From a bacterium (GTDB lineage Bacteria; Zhuqueibacterota; Zhuqueibacteria; Oceanimicrobiales; Oceanimicrobiaceae): DNA of 45,472 nucleotides. Below the pieces are notes generated by a model. The model ran no database searches. It was not told the DNA's origin and worked only from the letters and a program-made list of their open reading frames with translations. The translations under genes were made by a program, and so were the position numbers. The stretch is taken from assembly GCA_046757165.1 (NCBI GenBank), contig JBHHXT010000021.1, forward strand, positions 1 to 45,472, in the 5' to 3' direction. Below, one piece after another: positions 8,234-17,320 of this stretch. Each line of letters starts with the position of its first letter. Position 1 is the first letter of the stretch.

Positions 8234-10080
8234 ATCACCTTGTCCAAAGAAATGATCGCATTCTTGGCTTTTTCAAAAAAATCTTTCATTTCACCGTTAT
8301 GGGTTTGGCTCGGCGCAAACCGCTGATAATCACACGTATGCAAGCAATCCAGATAGGCGGAGACAATCTCACTATCTATGCCGCGCACACGCAGCATCTC
8401 ATCCACCTGATCCGTGATAAGACCGGCAGCAGAGACGTTGAGTTTGTCGCCGATAAAGCCCATGAGTGCACTCGACACTTCAGCATAAAACTGTTTGTAG
8501 TTTCCCGACCTCATCTCCTGATTTGCCCGCTTCAGCCGCCGCAACGCCATCTGGTTGGCCTTTCGGCTGCGCGCATAGGCGATATTGGAGCTCAGCTCGT
8601 CCAAATGGCGGCGATAGGCAACGGCTGCAAACAGCGCAAAAAGCGGAACCCCTAAACAGAGATAGAAGGCATAACTTTTGTAGAAAAGCGTTCCCCCCCG
8701 GCGAAATTCCGGCAACCGCATTTGAATATAACGAATATCCCGTCCGATAAATTTCACGTCCTCCTTCGAGGTGGCGATTCCCCTGCTGACGAATTGGTCC
8801 CGGCCTTTTTCGATGACCAGATCGATCCGGCGGGTCGTGACCGCTTTGTACCGTTTGGAGGAGGGCGCAAAGAAGGAAAACGAGATCGGATTGATGCTCT
8901 GATTCCCCGCAAGACGTGGAATCAGGACGTACTCGAACGTCTTCGAACCGGAAATCCCTCCGCTACTTCTTTGAATCGATTCTGTCACCTTCGGGTCATA
9001 AACCTCAAAATCCGGGGGGAAGCTGATTTCTGGCTGCGGGATGATTTTGATGTTGCCGGTCCCCGAAATCTTGACCGTCAGCGTAACGGCCTCGTTGGTT
9101 TTGGCCCGCACCTTGTCGACAGACGCAGTGATGGCGAAATCGCCAACCGCTCCTGAAAAATCAGCCGGCCTGTGGCCAACAGGTAAGGGCAGCACATCTA
9201 TGGCCACCGTATTCGAGACCACCCTTTGCCTGACCGTCCGCGCACGGCCGAAAAACGGATCGTCAAAGAAGCTGTCCAAAAAATCCCGCCGGCCGCGCGT
9301 GCGCGGAAGCTGGACCTCGCATTCAATCATCAGGGGATCGAGCTGTTTCTCGCCCGGGCCTTGCGGGAACAAAGCAACCTTTTTGATCTCCGCAACCTGA
9401 AACTGGATGCCGTTGACAACTTCAGTGTGTAACGGCGGCCGGTTGGGGATGTCGAACTCCTCTGCCCAGAATCCAACAGTATTCGGAAGTTGCACAACGC
9501 CGTAATTGCCGACCCGGACCGCGGTATAGATTTTGTAGGAGACAACAAGCGGCTCGTTCTGATACACCTGCCTTTTGTTGACTTCTGCTTTCAAAAATAA
9601 TTGCTCGGAGAGGTCTCGGGCAGGGGTTCTTGCTGGCCGGTTCGAGTTACGACCGGGCTGACGATTAGCTTGTGACCGCGCCCCTCCCTTGACGATTTCG
9701 ATGACAATCGGCTTTGTCGAAATGTCCTTTCCCTTATACTGCACGGTGATAGCTGGAATTTGAAACTGTCCCACTTTGGTGGCGATGAAATGGTGCGTGT
9801 ATACTTTCGTGATGGACATGCGACCATTCACCCAGGACATGTTGGTAGACTGACCCCCATAAACATATGTGGCGAAAGCACCCAGATCCGGTACCGCTGG
9901 CTCAGGCGCGCCATTTACATCCGCACCGGTGAGCTCAATACTCAACTCAAACTGCTGGTTTAAGACGATTTGCGTTCGATTCAGGTAGGCCTTAATCTCG
10001 AGGTTCTGCCCTGGCAGAGATGAATTCCAGCTTAAAAAACCTATGCTGAACAGCACAGCAACACACGAACTTCTTCTCAT
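8230..10080 (-). CDS. batD: BatD-family protein
   Basis: STNMSWVNGRMS, VYQNEPLVVSYKIY, FSGAVGDF, GTGNIK, TM helix and cytoplasmic C-terminal domain; ATGA overlap with batE. Confidence 0.85.
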   Translation of the reverse strand: MRRSSCVAVLFSIGFLSWNSSLPGQNLEIKAYLNRTQIVLNQQFELSIELTGADVNGAPEPAVPDLGAFATYVYGGQSTNMSWVNGRMSITKVYTHHFIATKVGQFQIPAITVQYKGKDISTKPIVIEIVKGGARSQANRQPGRNSNRPARTPARDLSEQLFLKAEVNKRQVYQNEPLVVSYKIYTAVRVGNYGVVQLPNTVGFWAEEFDIPNRPPLHTEVVNGIQFQVAEIKKVALFPQGPGEKQLDPLMIECEVQLPRTRGRRDFLDSFFDDPFFGRARTVRQRVVSNTVAIDVLPLPVGHRPADFSGAVGDFAITASVDKVRAKTNEAVTLTVKISGTGNIKIIPQPEISFPPDFEVYDPKVTESIQRSSGGISGSKTFEYVLIPRLAGNQSINPISFSFFAPSSKRYKAVTTRRIDLVIEKGRDQFVSRGIATSKEDVKFIGRDIRYIQMRLPEFRRGGTLFYKSYAFYLCLGVPLFALFAAVAYRRHLDELSSNIAYARSRKANQMALRRLKRANQEMRSGNYKQFYAEVSSALMGFIGDKLNVSAAGLITDQVDEMLRVRGIDSEIVSAYLDCLHTCDYQRFAPSQTHNGEMKDFFEKAKNAIISLDKVI

Positions 10081-10126
10081 TCTCTATTGGCATCCTCCAC
10101 ATTAATAGAAAAGGTTTGCACTCGAG

Positions 10127-10636
10127 TTACCAATCCTTGCCCCGGAATGCCCGGCCTCGCCTGGTGGTTTTGTTTTTCCTGAGCAGGTCTTCTTCTTCAT
10201 TCTTCAGGGCATCCAGGATTCGCTCGGCATCCTCTTTGGAGATCTCTTGTTGTTCACCTTTCTGCGCTTGTTGCTGTTGTCGATCTTGTTCATCCTCGTC
10301 GCCTTCTTCCTGCTTTTCCTGTTGCTGTTGTTTTTGCTCTTTTGACTCCTGTTCCTGATTCTGCTGCTCTTCCTGTTGGTCTTCCTGATTTTGTTGATTC
10401 TCTTGTTGCTGATTATTGCTTTCTTCCTCCTGAATCTTACTCAGGAGCGCGCTCAATTTCGGATTACCGGGGTATCGCTGAATACCTTCTTCCAGGACCC
10501 TTTTGGCTTCCCGGGATCTTCCGTTGACATAAGAATTGGCGCTCCGATGAAAATAATCATCAACAGTTTGAGCAACAAGGGGAGTTACCCAAAAAAGTAA
10601 CATAATCATCCTAAAAGTCAGCGCAGTCTTCATCAT
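10127..10636 (-). CDS. BatC-like protein carrying the C-terminal half (one TPR + Q/E-rich linker + KDW tail)
   Basis: Own signal peptide; QQQENQQ tract; ISKEDAERILDALKNEEE...KDW terminus characteristic of BatC. Confidence 0.75.
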   Translation of the reverse strand: MMKTALTFRMIMLLFWVTPLVAQTVDDYFHRSANSYVNGRSREAKRVLEEGIQRYPGNPKLSALLSKIQEEESNNQQQENQQNQEDQQEEQQNQEQESKEQKQQQQEKQEEGDEDEQDRQQQQAQKGEQQEISKEDAERILDALKNEEEDLLRKNKTTRRGRAFRGKDW

Positions 10637-11286
10637 TCTGAACCCTGGATCTCAATAACGTCACCTAATCTCTTCATAAAATCTTGAAACGCAGCGACTG
10701 TTCTGTCAGCTTTCAAGCCATCATCCAGCAGCTTTTTGGCTGCAACGTATTCTCGTTTGGCCACCAGAACCTTTGCTTTTTTCAAGAGCTCCTTGGCATA
10801 TTCAGTTGGTTTGATCGGATCTTGTTCCTGATCTTCATTTTGCTGCTGCTGTTGAGCGTTATCTTTCAGCTTCGCGCGAACATATTCCAGATTGTATTTC
10901 GCATCCTCGTCGCTGGGGTTCAAGTCGAGCGCCCTTTTGTACTCCAGGATACTCTCAGGCAGCTTGCCCAGTCGGTAGAGCGTGTTGCCCAGATTGTAGT
11001 GTGCTTGTGATTGCAGGAGAATATCATCTGAAGCGAGGGCCTTTGTGTACGAATTCAGCGCCTCTTCGTAATTTCTCTTCTTGTACTGCACATCCCCGAT
11101 ATTGAAATGGATGATCGGTGAATCCGGATTTTCGATCAGAGCGTCGCGGTACTTGTTGTTGGCTTCATCATACTTTTGTTCTTCAAAAAGCTTGTTCGCT
11201 TCAGCAACTTTCTTGCTGGCGCTCTGACCGAACAACGACGAGACCAGGATGAGAGCAACCATACCCGGTAGAGCATTGAACTTCAT
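10633..11286 (-). CDS. batC: BatC-like TPR protein carrying the N-terminal half
   Basis: Signal peptide; TPRs (FNIGDVQYK, YNLGNTLYR...ALDLNPSDEDAKYNLE); directly after batB. Confidence 0.7.
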   Translation of the reverse strand: MKFNALPGMVALILVSSLFGQSASKKVAEANKLFEEQKYDEANNKYRDALIENPDSPIIHFNIGDVQYKKRNYEEALNSYTKALASDDILLQSQAHYNLGNTLYRLGKLPESILEYKRALDLNPSDEDAKYNLEYVRAKLKDNAQQQQQNEDQEQDPIKPTEYAKELLKKAKVLVAKREYVAAKKLLDDGLKADRTVAAFQDFMKRLGDVIEIQGSE

Positions 11287-11301
11287 TTTCCTGTCCTCAA
11301 A

Positions 11302-12333
11302 CTACGATTCAAATCTGCCGCGCCATGCTCTTCGCCTTTTCCTGCTTTCAGGAACCAGCAGCTCGAGCACGAGAAAAAAAATCGCCAAGACAACGACATA
11401 CTGGAACCGATCTTCGTACAACGCGAATTTCCTGGATGCAAGCTCCTTCTTCTCCATCTCAGAGACTTCTGCATAAATTCTTGCCAGCTCGGTTTCGCCT
11501 GTCACAGATTGGACGTACTTCCCCCCGCTGGTGAGCGCCATTTTTTCGAGTGTCAATTGGTCCAGCCTGGTGAGAATCACCTCACCCCTGCGGTCTTTCT
11601 TGTATTCCCTCTTACCATACCGGTCGTAAACGGGAATCGGCACGCCCTGTGGCGAGCCGATGCCGATAGTGTAGATGACGACTCCCTCTTGCTCAGCGGC
11701 CGCCACCACCTGCATGACATCGTCGCCGTGGTCCTCTCCGTCTGTGATTAAAACGAGAACCTTGTACTTTCGTTCCTTTGTCTCAAAACTTTTGATGGCG
11801 GTTGCGATGGCAGCGCCCAGGTTCGTGCCGGGCACCGGAATCAAACTCGGATCCATGACATCCAGAAAGGTTTTGGCAGCACCGTAGTCAAGGGTTAGTG
11901 GGCACTGAACAAATGCCTCGCCAGCGAACGCAATCAGGCCGATGCGGTCCCCTTCGAGCAAATCGATGAACGTGGAGACCTCGTGTTTGGCCTTGGCCAG
12001 CCGGCTGGGCTTGATATCTTCCGCAAGCATGGAAGCTGAAACATCGAGCGCGACAAAAATATCCACCCCCTGACGCCTCACTTCCTCCAGGCGCGTGCCA
12101 ATTTGTGGGCGGGTCAGCGCGAGGGTCATAAACAAAATCCCGAGCACAAGTAAAGCCGCCCTGGCAATCTGCCTTGGGCGACTGACTGACGTGCTTAGTT
12201 TCTTGACGAGCTCCAGGCTTCCGAATGTGGCCAGGGCACGCGTCTTCCACCTGAAGACCAGGGCATAAAAAACGACGGCGAGCGGCACCAGCAAAAACAG
12301 CCAGAAGAATTCAGGGTTTCCAAATCTCAACAT
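11302..12333 (-). CDS. batB: BatB, VWA-domain membrane protein
   Basis: MLRFGNP start, ALTRPQIG, MIDAS DVSASM, PLTLD, LITDGED, C-terminal TM. Confidence 0.9.
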   Translation of the reverse strand: MLRFGNPEFFWLFLLVPLAVVFYALVFRWKTRALATFGSLELVKKLSTSVSRPRQIARAALLVLGILFMTLALTRPQIGTRLEEVRRQGVDIFVALDVSASMLAEDIKPSRLAKAKHEVSTFIDLLEGDRIGLIAFAGEAFVQCPLTLDYGAAKTFLDVMDPSLIPVPGTNLGAAIATAIKSFETKERKYKVLVLITDGEDHGDDVMQVVAAAEQEGVVIYTIGIGSPQGVPIPVYDRYGKREYKKDRRGEVILTRLDQLTLEKMALTSGGKYVQSVTGETELARIYAEVSEMEKKELASRKFALYEDRFQYVVVLAIFFLVLELLVPESRKRRRAWRGRFES

Positions 12334-12335
12334 GG

Positions 12336-13328
12336 CTACGGTATCTTTCGAAACTTGGTGTTGACAAGGACAACCTCCAAAACAATGAAGCCCAGGGCGA
12401 AAAAGAGAAAGGCTGAAAACAGCTCCCGATAGCGCGTAAATTGTTTTACCTCGATCTTGGTCTTTTCCAGCTGGTCGATTTCCTTGAAGATCTTGTCCAA
12501 ACTCTGCTTGTCGGTTGCCCGATAATAAGACCCATTCGTGATGGTGGCAATTTCAGTGAGCGTGGCCTCATCGATCCTGACTCGAGTTGGGACAAGGCGC
12601 GTTCCAAAGATAGGATCGTCCACCGGACGTAGTGCCCGGCCTCGTGTGCCCATGCCAACCGTATAGATCCGGATGCCAAAGGCATCGGCGACCCTGGCTG
12701 CCGTAATCGGATCGAGCTGACCCCGGTTGTTTTCGCCGTCCGTGAGCAAGATGATAATCTTGCTTTTGGCCTTGCTGTCCCGCAGCCGGCTTGCGGCATT
12801 AACAATCGCCATTCCGATGGCAGTGCCGTCTTCAATCATCCCGATTTCAACTTCATCTAGAAGCTCGAGCAAAATCGCGTAGTCGAGCGTCAACGGACAC
12901 TGCGTGAAACTCTTGGCCGCAAAGACCACCATGCCAATTCGGTCATTTTGGCGCCCGTGAATGAAGTCCGCTGCCACCAATTTGGCCGCCTGCAACCGGT
13001 TGTTTGGCTTGAAGTCCAACGTGCGCATACTGGTGGAGATGTCCAGAGCGATAACAATGTCTACCCCTTCGGTGATGATTTCTTCTTCGGTGTGGCTCGA
13101 CTGTGGCCTGGCAAAGCAGACAATCAGGAGAGAGAGGGCCAGCATCCGCAAAACAAAGCCCAGATGGCGATACTTCCTTCTGCGCGAAATCCTCTCGAGA
13201 GTCTTGACAACCTTGAGATTCGAGTACTGCAGGGTAGCCGCGCGGTCCCGGGTCTTCTTGAGATTCCAATAGATCAACAATGGCAACAAAGCGAGCAGCA
13301 GGAGAATCTCAGGGTTTGCAAAGGTCAT
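12336..13328 (-). CDS. batA: BatA, VWA-domain membrane protein (start at MTFANP, 330 aa)
   Basis: FARPQ, MIDAS DISTSM, GTAIGMAI, LLTDGENNRG. The longer ORF to 13541 overlaps the upstream gene and was trimmed. Confidence 0.9.
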   Translation of the reverse strand: MTFANPEILLLLALLPLLIYWNLKKTRDRAATLQYSNLKVVKTLERISRRRKYRHLGFVLRMLALSLLIVCFARPQSSHTEEEIITEGVDIVIALDISTSMRTLDFKPNNRLQAAKLVAADFIHGRQNDRIGMVVFAAKSFTQCPLTLDYAILLELLDEVEIGMIEDGTAIGMAIVNAASRLRDSKAKSKIIILLTDGENNRGQLDPITAARVADAFGIRIYTVGMGTRGRALRPVDDPIFGTRLVPTRVRIDEATLTEIATITNGSYYRATDKQSLDKIFKEIDQLEKTKIEVKQFTRYRELFSAFLFFALGFIVLEVVLVNTKFRKIP

Positions 13329-13347
13329 GCTATCTCGGCTCCGTGAC

Positions 13348-14391
13348 TTATTCTGCGATTTCTTCAGTCCTGGAATGGGTGGCTTCGTTCTCAGAAGCAG
13401 GGGGCGCCTGGCCGCTCTCTTTGTCCTCCCCATCGACGTCGTCGAAGACCACGTCGTAGATGAGTTTGGTGCGCTGCACCAGATTGAATGCCTTGTCAAA
13501 AGTGGCGTCGTGCGCCTTCGCCCCGGGCTGATATTTGGCAAATTTCACCAGATCACAAACAGCCAGGAATTCCTGAATCAGCGCAATGGTTTCATCCTCG
13601 ACTTCGGCATTCTGCAGTTCTTCTATCAGCTCGCGAGTGGTCATCTCCAGGGCGACGATGAAATAACGACCTTCGATATAGCGCCGAATAATATCGGACA
13701 TGTGGCTGTAATACGCTTTCACTCTGCCCTCTGCCAGCAATGAAGATGCTTTCAGGGCAGTGAGCTCTTCGAGGGCGATTTCATGCGCCGGGCGCGGCGG
13801 TTCAACCTTCTGAGGCAGAATGCCCTTCCCTGCCTTTCTCCGGCGCCAGATGTAAAAAGAAATCGCCACCAAAACCAAAAACGCCAGGGCAATGCTCGAC
13901 CAGATGATGATTTTGCGATAATCCTCCTGCAGCCCGTGCGGGACCTTGATTCCACGAACGTCGCCAGCTTCACTCGGCTTCATGCTGGCCACGACAATCT
14001 TAATCTTTCTGGTCCTGAGCTCATGCCTGGTGCTATCGCCGGGTATCACGTAATGGAAGAGAAGCGGCGGAATTTCAAACTCCCCCACCTCGAAGGTGGA
14101 AATGATGTAATCCACCCTTTCGATCACTTCGCCGTCTTCCTCGACCGGGTCATGAGGCGTGTAGTCCTTGATTTCGAACGCCCCGAGGTTTTCAGCCACA
14201 GCCGGCCGTTGGACTTCGATAGCCGGCGAATGCCTCAGCTCGACAGTGTACCGGATCCGGTCGCCGATGGTGATAGTGCTTTTGTCCACCCGCGAATCGA
14301 TGGAAATCGATTGCGGCCCGGCCAGGACAACAAAGCCGATAAGCAAGAAACCGACCCCTGATAAGAAAAGAACTTTCTTAGTCACACGCAT
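13348..14391 (-). CDS. Bat-locus single-pass membrane protein (Ig-like ectodomain, TM, cytoplasmic helical domain)
   Basis: Signal peptide, VDKSTITIGDRI, TM, PPRPAHEIALEEL...ALEMTTREL...CDLVKFAK; occupies the usual position upstream of batA. Confidence 0.8.
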   Translation of the reverse strand: MRVTKKVLFLSGVGFLLIGFVVLAGPQSISIDSRVDKSTITIGDRIRYTVELRHSPAIEVQRPAVAENLGAFEIKDYTPHDPVEEDGEVIERVDYIISTFEVGEFEIPPLLFHYVIPGDSTRHELRTRKIKIVVASMKPSEAGDVRGIKVPHGLQEDYRKIIIWSSIALAFLVLVAISFYIWRRRKAGKGILPQKVEPPRPAHEIALEELTALKASSLLAEGRVKAYYSHMSDIIRRYIEGRYFIVALEMTTRELIEELQNAEVEDETIALIQEFLAVCDLVKFAKYQPGAKAHDATFDKAFNLVQRTKLIYDVVFDDVDGEDKESGQAPPASENEATHSRTEEIAE

Positions 14392-14406
14392 TGTCGCTCT
14401 GTCTGC

Positions 14407-15336
14407 TCAAAGTTTGTCCGCGTAAATTTCAACCGCCTCGGCTCGCATCATCCGTTGCACCAGGACATCATACGCCTCTTGTTGCTTTTGACGAATGAGG
14501 TGCTGCATCACCTGCGTTCTCACCTCTGCAAGCGGTTTGACATCCGTAATCCTACCCTCTGCATCTCGATTCGAGTATTTCTCCTGATGCGCTTTGTAAT
14601 ACAACTCGATGTCGGACTCAGTCACATTGACCTCCTGGGAGATCTCCTCTTCCAATAATTTTTGCACCATCAAGTTCTTTTTGGCCTGGAAAGCGCCCTC
14701 GATCACGTCCTTGTCCTTCTCCAATCCTTTTCGCTTTGCTGTGTCGTACAACAATTCGGTTGCGATGTATTGTTTGAGAAAGTCGACTTTCTTGCTTCTG
14801 TCCGTCAATTGCGATTTGACATACGGCGGTAATTGAGAAATCTCATATTCGAGGTCGCCAGTGGTGATCGGCCGTTTGCCAATTTTGGCAATCACTTCTC
14901 CCGGCCGGCGCTGCCTGGCTTTTGATGGCTCCAGAAGCGCCGCCTCTTCCAGAACCTGCTGCGCGTCCGCCGACCTCTGTAGTCGCTCCAAACAGGCGAC
15001 CATCTTCTTGTTCACCTCATCTAGGATTTCGCTCTCCGGATACAGGTGTTTGATTTTCAGATAATGGCTCAGCGCATTTTGATAATCGTGCACGCGCTCG
15101 AAATAGATGTTGCCGATGGTGTAGGTGAGATTGGCAGCCTCCGAATTGTCCGGGTCGTAGTTGGCCAGGTAGTAATTGTATTGCTCGACGGCCTGCTCAT
15201 AGAGCTGGTTGTTGTAAAGAGAACTGGCGTAATCCCTGATGATCTCACCTTTGACCTTCGGTTGTTGCTCCTGGCCCTGGCAAGCAGCCAGCACGAACCC
15301 GACAAAAAACACGGGCAGAGTTTGTAGTTTTGTCAT
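14407..15336 (-). CDS. TPR + PrsA/SurA-like chaperone lipoprotein lacking a parvulin domain
   Basis: LAAC lipobox, N-terminal TPRs, then VIAKIGKRPITTGDL...ELLYDTAKRKGL...VTESDIELYY...KPLAEVR. Confidence 0.65.
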   Translation of the reverse strand: MTKLQTLPVFFVGFVLAACQGQEQQPKVKGEIIRDYASSLYNNQLYEQAVEQYNYYLANYDPDNSEAANLTYTIGNIYFERVHDYQNALSHYLKIKHLYPESEILDEVNKKMVACLERLQRSADAQQVLEEAALLEPSKARQRRPGEVIAKIGKRPITTGDLEYEISQLPPYVKSQLTDRSKKVDFLKQYIATELLYDTAKRKGLEKDKDVIEGAFQAKKNLMVQKLLEEEISQEVNVTESDIELYYKAHQEKYSNRDAEGRITDVKPLAEVRTQVMQHLIRQKQQEAYDVLVQRMMRAEAVEIYADKL

Positions 15337-15359
15337 GACCCCTTCCCTCCAAAAAAGTG

Positions 15360-16238
15360 TTAATGTCGTCTTTTCGCCCGCATTCGGAAGAACCGAATCA
15401 GCGGTTCGACGTAGGACACATCGGTTCGGACGTCAATAGAATCCATGTTCATCGAGCGGAGCATTTTGTCGCGCAGCTCCTTTGCCTTCGATGTTTTGGA
15501 GCTGAACAGACCCCGGGTGGTGGCGTCTGCCGTATCCAGAAGGATGATCTCGCCTGTCTCGGCATCTTCCAGCTCCACAAATCCGATGTCCGGCAACTCC
15601 ATCTCGCGTGGGTCAGTGATGGTAATGGCCACCAGGTCGTGCCGTTTGTTTGCAATTTGCAGGGCTTTCTGGTAATCATCTGAAATGAAATCCGACACCA
15701 GGAACACCACAGAACGGCGGTGGATAATACGGCTCAGATACTCGAGGGCCATGGCAATATTGGTGCCCCTTCCCTCAGGCCTGTGATACAAAAGCTCGCG
15801 CAAGACGCGCAGCACGTGCTTCTTGCCTTTTTTCGGCGGCACGTATTTTTCGATGCGGTCCGTGAAAATGATCAGGCCAACCTTGTCGTTGTTCTTGATC
15901 GCAGAAAAGGCCAGCAATGCGCAAATCTCGATGGCGATCTCGCCCTTCATTCTCTCATAGGTGCCGAAATTTCCGGAAGAGCTGACATCGACGACCAGCA
16001 TCACGGTCAGCTCCCGTTCTTCTTCAAACACTTTCACGAACGGGTGTCCCATGCGCGCCGACACATTCCAGTCGATGGTGCGGACATCATCGCCGATCTG
16101 GTACTGCCGCACTTCGGCAAACTCCATCCCGCGCCCTTTGAAGACGGAATGATATTCACCTGAAAAAACATCATTGACCAGGCCGCGCGTCTGAATCTCG
16201 ATGCGCTTCACTTTTTTGAGAATATCCTTGGGAATCAT
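15360..16238 (-). CDS. DUF58 (VWA-like) protein
   Basis: GEYHSVFKGRGMEFAEVRQYQIGDDVRTIDWNVSAR, EEERELTV, DVSSSG; follows moxR. Confidence 0.92.
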   Translation of the reverse strand: MIPKDILKKVKRIEIQTRGLVNDVFSGEYHSVFKGRGMEFAEVRQYQIGDDVRTIDWNVSARMGHPFVKVFEEERELTVMLVVDVSSSGNFGTYERMKGEIAIEICALLAFSAIKNNDKVGLIIFTDRIEKYVPPKKGKKHVLRVLRELLYHRPEGRGTNIAMALEYLSRIIHRRSVVFLVSDFISDDYQKALQIANKRHDLVAITITDPREMELPDIGFVELEDAETGEIILLDTADATTRGLFSSKTSKAKELRDKMLRSMNMDSIDVRTDVSYVEPLIRFFRMRAKRRH

Positions 16239-17227
16239 TACGGCACTTCAATCTTGTTCAGAACCTTGCGCACAATGTCCTCGGCGGTCAGCTCTTCTGC
16301 TTCTGCTTCATAGGTAACGATCACGCGGTGCCGTAACACATCCATTCCGATGGAGCGGATGTCTTCAGGCGTCACGTAGCCGCGGCGTCGTAAGAAAGCG
16401 TGCGCTTTGGCTGCCTGGTGCAGGTAGATGGAAGCTCGCGGCGAGGCCCCGAAGGCGATCAGATCCTGCAACTCATCCAGGCCATACTCTTTCGGGTCTC
16501 TGGTGGCGAAAACAATATCGATGATGTACTTCTCGACTTTTTCATCAATATACACCTCGTTGACGATAGACCGCGCCGAAACGATATCTTTCGGCGTGAC
16601 CACCGGATTCACCCTGGGCGTTTCTTTCCCGGCCATCCGGCGCATGATCTCCAGTTCTTCCTCCTTGTTGGGATACCCAACCGAGAGCTTGAGCATGAAG
16701 CGGTCGACCTGAGCTTCTGGCAACGGGTAGGTCCCCTCTTGCTCGATTGGGTTCTGCGTCGCCAGCACCAGGAAAGGATCATCCAGAGGAAAGGTGTTTT
16801 GGCCGATGGTCACCTGGCGCTCCATCATGGCCTCCAGCAGAGCAGATTGCACTTTCGCAGGGGAGCGGTTGATCTCATCGGCCAGGATGAGGTTCGAAAA
16901 TATCGGGCCTTTTTTGGTGGAAAACTCCCCGTTTCTCTGGTCGTAAATAAGGGTGCCGATCAAGTCGGCGGGCAGAAGATCGGGCGTAAACTGAATGCGC
17001 TGAAATTGGGTTTGAATCGTAGAGGAAAGGGTTTTGACCGCCATCGTTTTGGCCAGCCCCGGAACGCCTTCCAACAAGACATGACCATTCGCCAGCATTC
17101 CGATCAGCAAGCGCTCAACCATGTACTTCTGCCCCACGATGACGTGAGAAATCTCCGCGGTAATCCTGTCGATAAACTCGCTTTCCTTCTTAATTCTCTC
17201 ATTTATAGCTTGAATATCAATCGCCAT
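16238..17227 (-). CDS. moxR: MoxR-family AAA+ ATPase (MoxR proper)
   Basis: Walker A GVPGLAKT, RIQFTPDLLPAD, Walker B LADEINR, ATQNPIEQEGTYPLPEAQVDRF, GASPRAS. Confidence 0.95.
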   Translation of the reverse strand: MAIDIQAINERIKKESEFIDRITAEISHVIVGQKYMVERLLIGMLANGHVLLEGVPGLAKTMAVKTLSSTIQTQFQRIQFTPDLLPADLIGTLIYDQRNGEFSTKKGPIFSNLILADEINRSPAKVQSALLEAMMERQVTIGQNTFPLDDPFLVLATQNPIEQEGTYPLPEAQVDRFMLKLSVGYPNKEEELEIMRRMAGKETPRVNPVVTPKDIVSARSIVNEVYIDEKVEKYIIDIVFATRDPKEYGLDELQDLIAFGASPRASIYLHQAAKAHAFLRRRGYVTPEDIRSIGMDVLRHRVIVTYEAEAEELTAEDIVRKVLNKIEVP

Positions 17228-17320
17228 CGACCCTCCCTTGTTGGTTATGGTTCATCTCAGTGCCTCTATCTCTTTATCCTATCAAAAAATCACAAGTCAT
17301 TCCCTGAACCGCCAGCGGCG

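Noticed and set aside
13329..13541. N-terminal extension of batA
   Set aside because: Overlaps the upstream gene in another frame; the MTFANP start matches the family.
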